Both the position numbers and the translations under genes were made by a program. The notes beneath the pieces were generated by a model. The model was not told the origin of the DNA. It saw nothing but the letters and a program-made list of their open reading frames with translations, and made no database searches. Source: Camelus dromedarius (lineage: Eukaryota). Taken from it: DNA of 64,000 nt. Location: NCBI RefSeq assembly GCF_036321535.1, contig NC_087437.1, positions 17,548,001 through 17,612,000 on the forward strand, written 5' to 3'. Below, piece by piece: positions 61,876 to 64,000 of the stretch (positions are counted from its first letter, which is position 1; each line of letters starts with the position of its first letter).

Positions 61876-62249
61876 AAAAGAAATAGAATCTTACAGATAA
61901 AATTTAAGTCCCCTTGAATTCCCCTCCCTGGTATCATTCATGTTCCTCTTTCCTCAGAAAAAGGAACTTTATGGCTTTAGTCCCCACACTGTAATGTTAC
62001 AGTGTTGCTAGTAACATTAATTAAAAAAAAATCTAATGGTATCATAATATTCATAGCATTTTCGTTGCTTTTTCACTTAGTATTTTATCTTCCAAATCTT
62101 TCCATGTTGAGATGTGTGTGTGTTGGCTCATTTAAATTTCTGTATAGTACTTAATTGAATGAACATGTGAAACTCTCCTCTTGATGTGGTCAAACACATC
62201 AGATATGCCATCAAAAGTGTCTTCCTGAAGAAGTGGCCCCTGGGATTTT

Positions 62250-64000
62250 CTAACCTCCCCCAGTCAGAACTGATTGCCTTCTACGCTGGCAATGCATCTG
62301 TTATCCTAAGAATTTCCCTTTTGCCTTTCCCGAATTGTATTTCTTCTTTCCTATTCCCTATCTTTCTCTTTCTTGGTTTAGCCCTTTGTTTTGGCAAAGA
62401 CCCTGTTACAGTAGCTTCCTGAGAAATAATGCATGGGAGAGAAAATTTTTTGAGAACTTGAATGTCTCAAAATGCTTTATTTTGCTCTTACACTTACAGT
62501 ACTTTTGTTGGACATATAATTTTAGATTGAAAATAATTTTCTTTCAGAAAAATTGTAGACGCGTCTTTAGACACCTTCTGCCTTTAGAATGGTATTATTT
62601 AGGGTTGGATATTCTTACAATTTTTCTTCATTTAATTCTTCATATAATTTTTATTCTTATAATTTTTCTTCATTTGACACTTCTTGCTATTGTTTTTCCT
62701 CTTTGGGAGTTTGAAGAGTCTTCTGGTACTCCAAACTTTCAAGATGGCACGTCCTGATGGGGGCTGTCACCCATTGTTCTGGGCAGTAACTGGACTCGTT
62801 CAGTCTGAAAACTCATGTTCTTCAGATCTGGGAAATTTCTTGAATTATTTCTCCAATAATTTCACTCTAAGTTTTTATAGTTTCTTTCTCATTTATTTAT
62901 TTATTTTCTAGGGTCAAACCATTTTATTGAGGAGATTCAGGGGAGGGTCAAAGGGCTGGCAGGACTTAGATCTGACATCCTCGTCTGGCTGGGATCTCTT
63001 TGACTTCACACTCACTGAAAGCTATAGTTTCTCTTTTAAAACTTTTCCCTCTTTTTAGACTTTACGTCCTACTTTAAGGGATAGTCTTTCAACTTTAACT
63101 TTTAACCCTCAGAATGAGGTAACATGGAGTCTGTTGTTTTCAAATTGCCCTGTGAACTTCTGTCTTTCAACTGGAGGACTTCTTCACATGCCTGGGACCT
63201 TTGGTTGTCCTCTCATATTTGAATGGGACACTAAACCTGATTGGGACTTGCTAACTGGAGGCTTCATATAGGCAGATTTGGCTGTGCCATTTGGTTTATA
63301 AACTCTCTCTGTAATTTTCTTTAGATCTTTTTCTTGGCACCTTTCCCCTAGAAAAGACTTTTCATGTTCTTGGTTGGAATATACGTAAGTCTGGCTGTCA
63401 GAATTTGGGGAACCAAGTAGAGAAAAAAAGCTGGGAGTGTCGACCTTCAGAGTTAAAACTTTTACTTTAATCTCCCTATTTTCCTAAGGTGCCCTTGCCC
63501 TTAACTAGGCTGGTGTCCCCCAACTCACAGTCTTTCTATTTCACCCTCTCCAGAGAATAAACTATGGGGTCAGGGAGGGGCAGTTTCCCTGGTGGGCAAA
63601 GTGAGGATGAGGACTTGGGGATCTAAATGCTTCTTAAATATACTTTAACCAATTTTTTTGTTTGTTTATAACTCATTTTTAGCCTCACGTCCAGTAGTAC
63701 TGGTAAAGTCAACTGATAAATCTTATGGTGATTTTGTTCAGTCTATCAGGTTGCTTTTTAATTTCTTCACTGCCAATCTAGAATTTGGCTTTCTGGGATC
63801 TGTTAACTAAGTTACTGCTCATCCACCTGCTTGTCGGATCACACATTTTGCTGCTGCTGTTTGTTTCCCCATTCCTTTTGTTTCTGTGGTTTTATGTCTC
63901 AGAAATCCGTTGACTGTTATTTTACTGGGATTTAAGAAGGAAGTGAAAGCTAACATACGCATCAGACTTTCTAGCTTTAATGGGAAGCCAATTTTGCTTT
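62250..64000 (-). mobile_element. Decayed old L1 (L1M5/L1ME-like ORF1/5' region)
   Basis: 'agcttcctgagaaa...catgggag', 'tcttcagatctgggaaattt.cttgaattattt' and similar antisense old-L1 motifs. Boundaries approximate. Confidence 0.55.

Noticed and set aside
1..64000. CRISPR array, operon, prophage or other prokaryote-type system
   Set aside because: There are no regularly spaced repeats and no dense coding. The sequence is mammalian and dominated by interspersed repeats.

Overview
Mammalian, repeat-rich, apparently non-coding DNA (intergenic or inside a large intron). It is most likely from a camelid (camel/alpaca/llama), inferred from four copies of a short tRNA-derived SINE (GGGGAGGGTATAGCTCAGTGGTAGAG...GTCCTGGGTTCAATCCCCAGTACCTCCA, vic-1-like) and young L1 3' ends. 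I cannot support any host protein-coding gene, true tRNA, rRNA or CRISPR array; the only recognisable proteins in the ORF track are disabled LINE-1 ORF1/ORF2 fragments. A large part of the window is transposon-derived: young and old L1, L2, L3/CR1, MIR, MaLR/ERVL LTRs and hAT MITEs. Subfamily names are assigned by eye and need RepeatMasker/Dfam confirmation. The best-supported unusual structures are retrotransposition products: (i) two L1s that keep both the extreme 5' end and the 3' end but lack the middle, one bounded by a perfect 17-bp TSD and one resembling a spliced L1; (ii) a breakpoint shared by two unrelated L1s just upstream of the RT F/YADD motif; (iii) a twin-primed 5'-inverted L1; (iv) an L1 tail nested in the homologous position of another L1 tail; (v) SINEs carrying extra 3' or 5' sequence inside their TSDs. 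The unique DNA contains a good CTCF motif, several exon-like segments, a recursive-splice-like site and enhancer-like blocks, all unverified. I found no evidence of a novel multi-gene system.
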